Shown: in pieces, positions 17,240-26,616 of the stretch
Position numbering within the stretch: position 1 is the stretch's first letter
Layout of the letters: every line of letters starts with the position of its first letter
NCBI RefSeq assembly: GCF_000018105.1
Contig: NC_009925.1
Coordinates: 840,001 to 872,000 of the forward strand
DNA: 32,000 nt
Direction of reading: 5' to 3'
Origin: Acaryochloris marina MBIC11017
GTDB lineage: Bacteria > Cyanobacteriota > Cyanobacteriia > Thermosynechococcales > Thermosynechococcaceae
Position numbers and translations under genes: made by a program
The notes under the pieces: generated by a model
What the model was told of the DNA's origin: nothing
Database searches by the model: none
What the model saw: only the letters and a program-made list of their open reading frames with translations

Positions 17240-18106
17240 TTGTTTACGGTTATTAGGAGTGCAGACATCTTGGTTCAATCTTGGGGTGTAAGAATTGGGT
17301 TATTTGGACTATCAATGACGATACTGGGCACGCCAATAGGTATCCCTGTTGAGGTAAAAGCGGAAGACCAGACCACATCGATTCAGGAAGAGAATGGAAC
17401 AACCGAGCCAGCTGCCCCAGCAACGGAGACACCACAAAATTCTTCATCCCCCAAACTAGATAAGCAACCCCCTGCTGATTCTGAAGACAAAGCGGAAGAT
17501 CCTAAAGCAGTTTCACCGACCGTAGAGACCAACAAAAGTGATGCAGAGGACAAACCTAAGGGAACAGCCCTACCTGAAGAAACTGCAACTCCTCCTTCTC
17601 CTAAGAAACTAGCTCTGATCCAGCGGCTGTTGCTGATTACGGAGCAGAAAAAAAATGCTGAACAGCGCCTAGAGGTCATGTTGGCCAATATGGAGGAAAC
17701 CTTGCCGAAGGTATTGGCCAATATGATTCGCGATCGCACGCAGTTACAAGGGGATGAACTGGTAAAACGCGTCACAACCACAGCCCAACGAATGGTAAAA
17801 CGGTATCGCGAGTTATTGCCCAGCCGGGTCAATATTGGTGAAATAACTGAGGAAATTAGCACCAATCTGTATGCCAAGTACTATACAGAGAAGGAGCTAA
17901 AAGACTTAATCAAGTTCTACCAAACACCAACAGGACGAAAAGCGATCGCAACTTTGCCTCAACTGACTAAAGAAGCCTTGGCTCAATCGAATGATATTTT
18001 GCTACCCGAAATCACCCAGCTTTTACAAGAAATCATACAAGAAGAATTTGGACCTGAACCCTCCACATCCAAACCAGAAGCTGAAAAGGCAGCGCCCAAA
18101 CCGTGA
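17240..18106 (+). CDS. DUF2059-like secreted protein with a long Pro/Glu/Lys-rich disordered linker
   Basis: The C-terminal region LYAKYYTEKELKDLIKFYQTPTGRKA resembles the DUF2059 signature. The start is ambiguous: TTG 17240, TTG 17270 preceded by AGGAG (which would give a signal-peptide-like MVQSWGVRIGLFGLSMTILG...VKA), or ATG at about 17315. Confidence 0.6.
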   Translation: MFTVIRSADILVQSWGVRIGLFGLSMTILGTPIGIPVEVKAEDQTTSIQEENGTTEPAAPATETPQNSSSPKLDKQPPADSEDKAEDPKAVSPTVETNKSDAEDKPKGTALPEETATPPSPKKLALIQRLLLITEQKKNAEQRLEVMLANMEETLPKVLANMIRDRTQLQGDELVKRVTTTAQRMVKRYRELLPSRVNIGEITEEISTNLYAKYYTEKELKDLIKFYQTPTGRKAIATLPQLTKEALAQSNDILLPEITQLLQEIIQEEFGPEPSTSKPEAEKAAPKP

Positions 18107-18621
18107 TGCTATTGAAAGTTTGCTTATGGCTTTCACAAATGCTTGTGATAGTGGCGTTTTTAGCTAGTTGTAGTGTTCCAGATCTCAACCCAAAACAAGA
18201 ATTTTCAGTGCCATCCAAGGTCAGCACAGCGCAGTTTGATGGAGACTATGACCTTGTTCCTGAGGAAAGTCCAAGCATCGCAAAGATACAAACTAAGCTT
18301 GATGCCACAACTCATCCCAAAAAGCGCGAGAATTTAGAAACACTCTTAAATCTGATGATTGAAGAGAATAAGGTGCTGCAAATACAAAGTGGCATTATTA
18401 GGCTAGGGACTACTTTACAGCAGGAATTCTCACTTCAAAATGGAAAGATTACGGCTTCCGTATTTCAGGGGAAGGCAGTTTGGCATGAAGATATTGGTGA
18501 TCCTGGAGACTCCTCAGTAGTCACAGTAAGACTTCACCTCCAAAATGAACGACTTGAATTCAGTTTCTATGATGAGACTAACGAGCCTTTTGAACCTTTA
18601 GTATTTCGTAAATCTTCATAA
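18103..18621 (+). CDS. Hypothetical lipoprotein
   Basis: 172-aa ORF with a lipobox (VAFLASC). Its start ATG overlaps the upstream stop (GTGATG), suggesting translational coupling. The coding sequence is AT-rich and I recognise no family. Confidence 0.5.
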   Translation: MMLLKVCLWLSQMLVIVAFLASCSVPDLNPKQEFSVPSKVSTAQFDGDYDLVPEESPSIAKIQTKLDATTHPKKRENLETLLNLMIEENKVLQIQSGIIRLGTTLQQEFSLQNGKITASVFQGKAVWHEDIGDPGDSSVVTVRLHLQNERLEFSFYDETNEPFEPLVFRKSS

Positions 18622-18686
18622 CGTTCTTGAGAGAAAGGATGCTAGCAAGTCCTGAATAATAGTGGGCACAGAGCACTAAAAATTAT

Positions 18687-18995
18687 AGGTGGCAAAGGGG
18701 GAATCCAAGCTTGGGATCTTGATTTATTGGATACAGTATTCTGTGTTTACAGATCTAGTCGTCCTAGATTGCGTCAACATTTAGAAGTAATTCGAGATAT
18801 TAAATTCTTGCCTGGTGGCAAAACCTTGATGACAGTATTTATTTTTGGAATACCAGAAATGGTACTAATCTAAATGATTTGAACTGTAAGGATCCTATCT
18901 ACCCTATTCAACAATTTACCCAAGAGGAACTTTATAGTTACCAGCTAGACTCCATGGAACTATATCAACTGGAATCAGTATTTACCCAAGGCTGA
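18687..18995 (+). pseudogene. Possible remnant of the 3' end of a WD40-repeat gene (frameshifted)
   Basis: One frame reads GGKGGIQAWDLD...HLEVIRDIKFLPGGKTLMT. Shifting by one nt continues as DSIYFWNTRNGTNLNDL... up to TGA at 18993-18995. The pattern loosely resembles WD40 blade motifs (x-F-S-P-D-G-K-T-L ... D-x-T-I-x-x-W). There is no start codon or Shine-Dalgarno. Weak, by-eye evidence only. Confidence 0.25.
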
Positions 18996-19182
18996 AAGTA
19001 AGATAAATAAATTGAATTTCTATATCGAAGCTCTATTCCATCCTTTGAGACAGGATTTCTAACTCTATTTGCCCGACTACCCATACACCGATCTATCAAA
19101 TTTATATTCTGTTTACATATCAGGTCTAATTATTAGATTTCCAATTAAACACACTGTGAATTCATAAATATTTGTCCACTCA

Positions 19183-20520
19183 TCAGAACATAAAATTCAG
19201 TTTAACCTCACAGTCTTTGCCATCCCGAATTAGATCCACCTGGCGAATAAATTCTCGAAAATAAAAGCGTCGTTCAGACTCTGATAAATCCATCCAAAAC
19301 TGATCAATAGATACCGTTTGGGCAATCTCCTTTAAGTTCACGGGAGGAAGTTGAGCCAACCGACTTTTTAACTCTGCAATTTCAGTTTGCAAATTATAGG
19401 CTCGTAAATCAGCTGTGGATTGATCAAGCACTTGAGTTTCTACCAACTCAGGCAGTTGAGACAGAATCTTTTGCTTGGCTGCAATTTCTGCATCTACCCC
19501 CCGCTTAAACTGACTCAGAATCGGTTGGTTCACCCCAGCCACGGCTTGGGGGAGTTCATCACAAATAGATTGAATCGTTTTCTGCAAAATCTTGTCGTAG
19601 GAAATTGCTTGGCATCTGGGTTTATCAGGGCATTTAGTGGGGCGAAGATAGAGATATTCCTTACCCTTTCCCCGGGGCATGACTCGCGAAATGGTCATGG
19701 GCGACTGGCAAGTGGCACAAAATACAATACCCGATAGAGACCGAGGGGCACTCGCAGCTCTGGGTGTCATACTCCGATTTCGCCGCAAGAGCCGATCTAC
19801 CTGGGCCCCTTCTTCTCGGGAAAGCAGAGGTGTATGAGTATCCATTACCACCTGCTGATTTTGGTAGGTTAAATCGCCTCGATATACGGGGTTTGTCAGC
19901 CATCGCCGCCCCGTTGAAACCGATATTTTTTTGCCGTGCTTCTTGGCAATATGTCGAACCGAACCGCGCAAAGACCCATACAGCAAAAAATGCTCAAAGA
20001 AGTCCTTAACGACTGGAGAAACGGTGCGATCGATCACGTATCGGTCCTTACCCCGCTTATAACCATAGGGGGCTTTTCCCGGTGGGGGACGTCGTTTAAT
20101 CCGGTTTTGGGCATGACCGTGGCGAATGCGCCGACTACGCTGCTCCGCTTGAATGGCATCCAGTAAGACTAATAGCTGTGATGAATCAGAGTTTTCTGCA
20201 CCATCCTGCTCAATATTGGCCTGGCCTAGTTTGAAATTTGGAGATTGGTAGTCCTGCTCAATTACAATCAGGCAAGTCCCCAGTCCCTCCAACTGCACCA
20301 AATTCTCCGTGACCTGGCTCAGGGATTCTCCCAAATCTTCCAGCCGCATCACCAGCAAATAGTCAGGTGTCTCTATTTGACAATCCGCCAGCATCGCTGC
20401 AAGTTGGGATCGTCGCCAATCCAAATCCTGGTAGACCCGATCGACTTCCCAGCCCCAAATGGTGGAATCCAACTTCGTTTCCCACGTTAAGTCCTGGTAG
20501 AGATAGGCAACAATGCGCAT
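19183..20520 (-). CDS. Large serine recombinase family homologue with substituted catalytic residues (probably catalytically inactive)
   Basis: 445-aa ORF with four recognisable parts. The resolvase-like N-domain reads MRIVAYLYQDL...LLVMRLEDLGES. The recombinase domain contains PPGKAPYGYKRG and WLTNPVYRGD. The Cys pairs are CATC and CPDKPRC. A C-terminal coiled-coil follows. An in-frame TAA 5 codons upstream of the ATG fixes the N-terminus. Confidence 0.8.
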   Translation of the reverse strand: MRIVAYLYQDLTWETKLDSTIWGWEVDRVYQDLDWRRSQLAAMLADCQIETPDYLLVMRLEDLGESLSQVTENLVQLEGLGTCLIVIEQDYQSPNFKLGQANIEQDGAENSDSSQLLVLLDAIQAEQRSRRIRHGHAQNRIKRRPPPGKAPYGYKRGKDRYVIDRTVSPVVKDFFEHFLLYGSLRGSVRHIAKKHGKKISVSTGRRWLTNPVYRGDLTYQNQQVVMDTHTPLLSREEGAQVDRLLRRNRSMTPRAASAPRSLSGIVFCATCQSPMTISRVMPRGKGKEYLYLRPTKCPDKPRCQAISYDKILQKTIQSICDELPQAVAGVNQPILSQFKRGVDAEIAAKQKILSQLPELVETQVLDQSTADLRAYNLQTEIAELKSRLAQLPPVNLKEIAQTVSIDQFWMDLSESERRFYFREFIRQVDLIRDGKDCEVKLNFMF

Positions 20521-20550
20521 GGGTTCAACAGGAACTTAGAAACAGCCAGA

Positions 20551-21567
20551 CTATCGGGGCTGGTCAATAAACTTAAAGACGGCCTCTAATTGGCTTCCCC
20601 AATAGGGATAATCATGACCTGCACCAGCCACTGGATGATACTCCACTACTGCCGACGGCTGCTGTTTTAAGGCTTCAAAAAATAGGCGACTTTGCGACTC
20701 TGGCACAATGTCATCTGCTGTGCCGTGGGATAGATATAAGGGCATCGTCCACTCTGAAGCCCTAGCTTGCGGATTATCTCGCCCCAGCCACCGAGACTGA
20801 AATTGAGCAAAAGGACCATACAAGGCAGTCATTAGCCGATCTTCAGGGGTATTCTCTTGGCTAAAGTCTCCTGATAAGCTGGCTCCTGCAACGAATAGCC
20901 CTGGATTTTCGAGGGCTATTAGGGCAACGCCTCGACCACCAGTCGAGAGCCCCAGTAGGGTATTGTGCTGTCCGGTGAGTAGCAGCTGATGACGTTTCTG
21001 GATGGCAGGAATAAACGTCGTTTTAATGAACGCTCCCCCTGGGATGCTGTTCCACTTGAGGGTGGTTTCAGGATAGTAGTTACTGGCATAAAGGGTCTTA
21101 TCCATCTCTGGAAGCAGCAGCACGTAACCATACCGATTGGCAAAGCTGACTAAGTTGGTATTTTCGACCCAGCTCGTTCGGGGAAAGTCCCAACCTGGTA
21201 AAACCACTAAACAGGGACGCTGAGGATTGGGGTTTTCTTGTAATTGTGGCGGTAGATACAAATCGTAATAAACGTCTTTGACCTGCAAATTCCGATTCCA
21301 ACCTGCGATCGCATTCATCACTACACCCAACTTAGAAGCCTTTACTTGAGAGGGCTGTAACGACTCCAAGCCCTCATCAGTAGAGACAGGGATGATCTGT
21401 TGTGGTGGCTTGTCAATCTGTTCAGAGGTCTGGATCGGCAATGGCGAAGGTTGTGGCTGAGAAGACGAAATACCAGGTTTTTCAGCCACTGAACATCCCC
21501 CTAGGCATAGAAATAAAAATGACCAGAATATCTTTGGGTTAAATTTTAGATTCTCGAGGTTATTCAT
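20551..21567 (-). CDS. Alpha/beta-hydrolase esterase family lipoprotein
   Basis: 338-aa ORF with a lipobox (LCLGGC), nucleophile elbow GLSTGG (GxSxG), and distal acid/His candidates (HGTADDIV, GAGHDY), as in esterase-D-like 'putative esterase' proteins. Confidence 0.7.
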   Translation of the reverse strand: MNNLENLKFNPKIFWSFLFLCLGGCSVAEKPGISSSQPQPSPLPIQTSEQIDKPPQQIIPVSTDEGLESLQPSQVKASKLGVVMNAIAGWNRNLQVKDVYYDLYLPPQLQENPNPQRPCLVVLPGWDFPRTSWVENTNLVSFANRYGYVLLLPEMDKTLYASNYYPETTLKWNSIPGGAFIKTTFIPAIQKRHQLLLTGQHNTLLGLSTGGRGVALIALENPGLFVAGASLSGDFSQENTPEDRLMTALYGPFAQFQSRWLGRDNPQARASEWTMPLYLSHGTADDIVPESQSRLFFEALKQQPSAVVEYHPVAGAGHDYPYWGSQLEAVFKFIDQPR

Positions 21568-21640
21568 TAAGTAATGTTACCCAGTCGTGATATCATTGGC
21601 CTTGGCCTGCAGTAACGCATCCAAACCAAATTTCTAACCT

Positions 21641-22090
21641 GTGGAATTGACAGATCCTCCCCTTCAGACCGGCCCCATCTCCAGCGAGAGTGAGCTAGCT
21701 GAAGTAGAGACTTCTCAAGCAGGAGATTCGATGGATGACTTTTATCAACTCAAAAATGGCTTGATAATTTCATCTTCAGTTATAGCAGGGTTATTTTTTG
21801 GCCCTGTGTGGTGGATGTACTCTCTAAAGGTTGCCAGCAGCTATTTGCTCGGGGCATCCGTTGGAGTGTTATATCTCAGGATTTTGGCGAAGAATGTTGA
21901 GCAATTAGGAAGCGGGAATACCCAGGTCGGTAAAGGCCAGCTCGGTGTTTTCGTCTTACTGATTGTTGTGGCAACTCAGTGGAATCAGTTAGACGTCCTA
22001 CCTGTTTTTTTAGGATTTCTCACCTACAAAGTTGGCATCCTCGTTTTCGCCTTGTGGTCTGCAGTTCTGTCCCCCTCAACTAACCCTTGA
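21641..22090 (+). CDS. atp1: ATP synthase protein I (cyanobacterial atp1)
   Basis: Small hydrophobic ORF directly upstream of the subunit a gene, in the conserved first position of the cyanobacterial atp operon. The track start is GTG 21641; ATG 21731 (MDDFYQLKNG) would give a more typical 119-aa product. Confidence 0.75.
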   Translation: MELTDPPLQTGPISSESELAEVETSQAGDSMDDFYQLKNGLIISSSVIAGLFFGPVWWMYSLKVASSYLLGASVGVLYLRILAKNVEQLGSGNTQVGKGQLGVFVLLIVVATQWNQLDVLPVFLGFLTYKVGILVFALWSAVLSPSTNP

Positions 22091-22148
22091 GACAGCGACA
22101 GAATGCCCCTATTTTTTTGCCTGAAGTTCCAACGAGGTTGGGCGTATT

Positions 22149-22919
22149 ATGCATCACAGCAGCCTTCTGCTAGATTCTTTTAATTGGTTCACCGCCTTGC
22201 CTTTAGCAAGTTTAGAGGTGGGTCAGCACTTATACTGGCAGATCGGTGGATTAAAGGTTCATGGTCAGGTTCTGATTACATCCTGGATCGTCATCGGCAT
22301 CTTAGTCATTGTGTCTGTGCTGGCAACCCGCAAGGTTGAGCGCATTCCTAGCGGTCTCCAAAATTTCATGGAGTACGCGCTAGAGTTTGTCCGTGATTTG
22401 ACCAAAAATCAAATTGGCGAGAAAGAATACCGTCCGTGGGTGCCATTCATCGGGACGCTCTTTCTATTCATATTTGTCTCCAATTGGTCCGGTGCTTTAT
22501 TTCCCTGGAAGCTGATTAGCCTTCCTGAGGGAGAGCTCGCAGCACCCACAAACGATATCAACACCACTGTCGCATTGGCATTGTGTACCTCGTTTGTCTA
22601 CTTTTACGCAGGATTTCGGAAAAAAGGACTCGGTTACTTTCGCAAGTACATCGAACCCACTCCGGTACTGCTCCCAATTGCGATTCTTGAAGATTTCACC
22701 AAGCCGCTTTCCCTTAGTTTCCGTCTGTTTGGTAACATCCTTGCCGACGAACTAGTGGTTGCAGTGTTGGTGTTACTGGTTCCCTTAATTGTGCCATTGC
22801 CTGTGATGTTGCTGGGACTCTTTACCAGCGGTATTCAAGCATTGGTATTTGCGACCTTGGCTGGTGCCTATATCCACGAGTCATTAGAAGGTCATGGGGA
22901 AGAAGAAGAGGCCCACTAA
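22149..22919 (+). CDS. atpB: F0F1 ATP synthase subunit a (cyanobacterial name atpI)
   Basis: 256-aa polytopic ORF with the subunit a signature [15 protein letters not shown], which includes the essential Arg. Confidence 0.95.
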   Translation: MHHSSLLLDSFNWFTALPLASLEVGQHLYWQIGGLKVHGQVLITSWIVIGILVIVSVLATRKVERIPSGLQNFMEYALEFVRDLTKNQIGEKEYRPWVPFIGTLFLFIFVSNWSGALFPWKLISLPEGELAAPTNDINTTVALALCTSFVYFYAGFRKKGLGYFRKYIEPTPVLLPIAILEDFTKPLSLSFRLFGNILADELVVAVLVLLVPLIVPLPVMLLGLFTSGIQALVFATLAGAYIHESLEGHGEEEEAH

Positions 22920-22947
22920 CCTCAAAGTCACGTTACTGAAACAGTAA

Positions 22948-23295
<348 letters not shown>

Positions 23296-23307
23296 ACAGG
23301 TTAGTGA

Positions 23308-23328
23308 GGGACGTTCGCGTAACGTCCC
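23308..23328 (+). terminator. Stem-loop after the c-subunit gene (candidate intra-operon attenuator or RNA-stability element)
   Basis: Perfect 8-bp stem GGGACGTT / AACGTCCC with a 5-nt loop CGCGT, 13 nt after the stop codon. It is followed by the T-rich TTCTCCGTTTCT. Confidence 0.45.
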
Positions 23329-23440
23329 TTCTCCGTTTCTAGTTGTATTGCATCCAGATGGCACTTCTTTAAGTTCTCATCACCATCCACTACAACTCCG
23401 ACTTTTTCTGATCTGACCCTTTTTTAGACTGAGCAAAACA

Positions 23441-23869
23441 ATGTTTGATTTTAATGGCACATTGCCATTGATGATGTTCCAGTTCTTTTTGTTGGTCGCT
23501 GTGCTGAACGCAGTGTTCTTCAAGCCCCTCACTCAAGCGATTGATGAGCGAGATGGGTTTATTCGCACCAACAATACTGAAGCCCGTGAGCGTTTGGCTA
23601 AAGCCAAGAGCTTAACTGAGCAATATGAACAGGAGTTGGCAGGCACGCGAAAGCAATCACAACAAGTGTTGGCAGATGCTCAAGCCGAAGCCCAAAAAAT
23701 TGCTCAAACACAAATCACTGAAGCCCAGAAGCAAGTTCAAGCTGAAGTGATGAAAGCTCAAGCCGAACTCGAGTCACAGAAACAGTCCGCCTTTAGCGAA
23801 TTAGAGAAGCAGGTTGATACCCTCAGCCAGCAAATTCTCAATAAGCTCTTAGGCTCCACCCTGGCATAA
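23441..23869 (+). CDS. atpF2: F0F1 ATP synthase subunit b' (cyanobacterial name atpG)
   Basis: 142-aa ORF starting [30 protein letters not shown], followed by a long Ala/Gln/Glu-rich helix. The duplicated b-type subunit is characteristic of cyanobacteria and chloroplasts. Confidence 0.92.
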
Positions 23870-23901
23870 GCCATCACCGCACCGCAGTTAGGACTATAAA
23901 C

Positions 23902-24462
23902 ATGGGGATGTTTAATTGGCTGGCAAGCGCTGGCATGACTGGGTTTCCACAACTAGCTGAGGCTGGTGGTTACAGCCTTAACTTTGATATTTTGGAAGCC
24001 AATCTCGTCAATTTGGTAATCGTTATCGGATTACTGATTTATTTTGGTCGAGGCTTTTTAGGGGAGTCCCTAGTAAAGCGACGAGAAGCCATTGAAACCG
24101 CAATCTCCGAAGCTGAAGCCAATCAAGAGAAGGCTGCTGCAACTTTGGCAGAAGAGCAAGAGAAGCTTGCTCAAGCTCAAGCAGAAGCGAAAAAGATTTT
24201 GGCGAATGCTCAGACCAATGCAAGTAAAGCGAAGGAGCAAATCCTGGCTGAAGCAAAAACCGAGATTCAACGCATCAAAGATGCTGGTTCTCAAGACACT
24301 TCTGCGAGTCAGGAACGTGCGATCGCAGAAATTCGACAGCGCGTTACCGCTATGGCCCTAGAGAAAGTTGAAGCTGATTTGAAAAATCAGTTAGGGAATA
24401 ATGAATCCGCCCAGCGGAAATTAGTCGATCAAAGCATTGCCTTGCTAGGAGGCAACTCATGA
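23902..24462 (+). CDS. atpF: F0F1 ATP synthase subunit b
   Basis: 186-aa ORF with a single N-terminal TM helix ([15 protein letters not shown]) and a long charged helix. The operon position is between b' and delta. Confidence 0.92.
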
Positions 24463-25016
24463 CACAAAGCACGGTTAGCTCCACAATTGTTGAACCCTAT
24501 GCCGAGGCGCTAATGTCTGTGGCCCAAAGCAACAATCTCACCAACCAAATTGGTGAAGACGTGAGCTTTGTCCTCAGTCTGTTGCAAACCTCTGATGACC
24601 TGAAAGATTTCTTGGTCAATCCACTCACCCCCGCCGATGCCCAGAAGGCCGTTCTCCGGCAGTTGGCTGAATCGCGGGTCCAGAAGCAGTTTTTTAATTT
24701 TTTACTGCTCTTGATTGATCGACGACGCATCATCTTCTTAGAAGGTATTTGCAAGTACTATCAGGCATTACTACGCAAACTCAATAACACGGTTTTGGCA
24801 GAAGTAACCTCAACGGTAGAACTTACCGATGAGCAACGTCATGCCATCACTGACAAAGTGAAACATATGAGTCAAGCGGCCCAGGTTGATCTTGAAACAA
24901 GCATCGATCCTGACCTCATTGGCGGAGTGATTATTAAAATTGGCTCTCAAGTTTTAGACGCCAGCATTCGTGGCCAGTTGCGCCGGATGAATTCTTCTAT
25001 AACAAGCCTGTCTTAA
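24459..25016 (+). CDS. atpH: F0F1 ATP synthase subunit delta (cyanobacterial name atpD)
   Basis: 185-aa OSCP/delta-like ORF ([12 protein letters not shown]..., [21 protein letters not shown]). Its start overlaps the atpF stop (ATGA). Confidence 0.92.
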
Positions 25017-25089
25017 GGTAATGGCAATTTTCTTAATTGCCGCTTAAGTTGTTTGACCTTTACCCACATCACAAATCAGAGCAAGTCCC

Positions 25090-26607
25090 ATGGTAAGCAT
25101 CAGACCCGACGAAATTAGCAATATTATTCGCCAACAGATTGAACAATACGACCAGCAAGTCAAAGTTGACAATGTTGGCACCGTCCTCCAGGTGGGTGAC
25201 GGTATCGCCCGTGTTTATGGCCTAGAACAAGCCATGGCCGGGGAACTTCTAGACTTTGAGGACGGTACTGTCGGTATCGCCCTAAACCTGGAAGAAGACA
25301 ATGTGGGTGCGGTGCTCATGGGAGACGGTCGTGACCTGCAGGAAGGCAGCACGGTGCGCTCCACGGGCAAAATCGCCCAGATTCCCGTGGGTGATGCTCT
25401 GATTGGTCGCGTTCTAGATGCTCTCGCTCGCCCTATCGATGGTAAAGGCGACATCAACACTTCTGAAACTCGCCTGATTGAGTCCCCCGCTCCTGGCATT
25501 ATTGAGCGGAAATCTGTGTATGAGCCCATGCAAACGGGTATCACTGCGATTGACTCCATGGTGCCCATTGGCCGAGGTCAGCGTGAGTTGATTATTGGTG
25601 ACCGTCAAACCGGTAAGACCGCCGTTGCCATTGACACCATCCTCAACCAAAAGTCTGAAGATGTGATTTGTGTCTACGTCGCCATCGGTCAGAAAGCCTC
25701 TACCGTGGCTCAAGTGGTTGAAGTCTTAAGAGAGCGGGGTGCCCTTGACTACACCGTTGTGGTGGCTGCCAACGCCAACGACCCTGCAACGCTACAATAT
25801 TTGGCTCCTTATACCGGTGCTGCCATTGCTGAGTACTTTATGTACAACGGCAAGCACACCTTGGTGATCTACGATGACCTTTCCAAGCAAGCTCAGGCCT
25901 ATCGTCAGATGTCTCTACTTCTCCGTCGTCCACCCGGACGTGAGGCTTATCCTGGTGATGTGTTCTATCTCCACTCTCGCTTGTTGGAGCGGGCAGCCAA
26001 GCTCAGTCCCGAATTGGGTGAAGGGAGTATGACCGCCCTACCGATTGTGGAAACTCAAGCGGGTGACGTGTCGGCCTATATTCCTACCAATGTTATTTCC
26101 ATTACCGACGGTCAGATTTTCTTGTCTTCTGACTTGTTCAACGCTGGCTTACGTCCTGCCATTAACGCCGGTATTTCCGTGTCCCGAGTGGGATCTGCCG
26201 CTCAAATCAAAGCCATGAAGCAGGTCGCCGGTAAGCTAAAGCTGGAATTGGCTCAGTTTGCTGAACTAGAAGCATTCGCTCAGTTTGCCTCTGACCTAGA
26301 CCAAGCTACCCAGAATCAGTTGGCTCGGGGTGCTCGTCTGCGGGAAATTCTGAAGCAGCCTCAATATTCTCCATTACCAGTAGAAGAGATGGTTGCAGTC
26401 ATTTATGCCGGTACCAATGGCTATCTGGATGATGTTCCTACTGATAAAGTGACGGAGTTCGTTCAAGGTATGCGGGATGACCTGAAAGCTAACCATGCGA
26501 AGTATGGCGAGCTGGTCCGCAGCGAGAAGAAAATGGGTGACGAGGCCGAAGGAATTCTCAAAACAGCCATTGCTGACTTTAAGAAATCTTTTATGGCTGC
26601 GGTCTAG
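25090..26607 (+). CDS. atpA: F0F1 ATP synthase subunit alpha
   Basis: 505-aa ORF with Walker A GDRQTGKT and highly conserved alpha-subunit blocks ([28 protein letters not shown]). Confidence 0.98.
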
Positions 26608-26616
26608 GAGGGAATT

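Noticed and set aside
17383-17877. 164-aa minus-strand ORF antisense to the DUF2059-like gene
   Set aside because: It is Ser/Ala/Gly-rich low complexity that mirrors the Pro/Glu/Lys-rich linker of the sense gene. It is a typical shadow ORF with no start context.
19125-19137. Palindrome TCTAATTATTAGA just downstream of the recombinase-like gene, as a possible binding or crossover site
   Set aside because: It is a 6-bp-arm palindrome in very AT-rich DNA and is easily produced by chance. I found no second copy. It is mentioned only as something to include in an EMSA probe.
24023-24361. Three overlapping ORFs (both strands) inside atpF
   Set aside because: They are generated by the repetitive GCN/GAA/CAA codon run encoding the Ala/Glu/Gln-rich b-subunit helix. 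They are not independent genes.
25215-25713. Antisense ORFs of 117 and 99 aa within atpA, and similar ORFs within leuB (27611..27940) and atpG (27146..27397)
   Set aside because: They lie antisense to highly conserved housekeeping genes and are Pro/Arg/Ser-rich. They are chance open frames in moderately GC-rich coding DNA.
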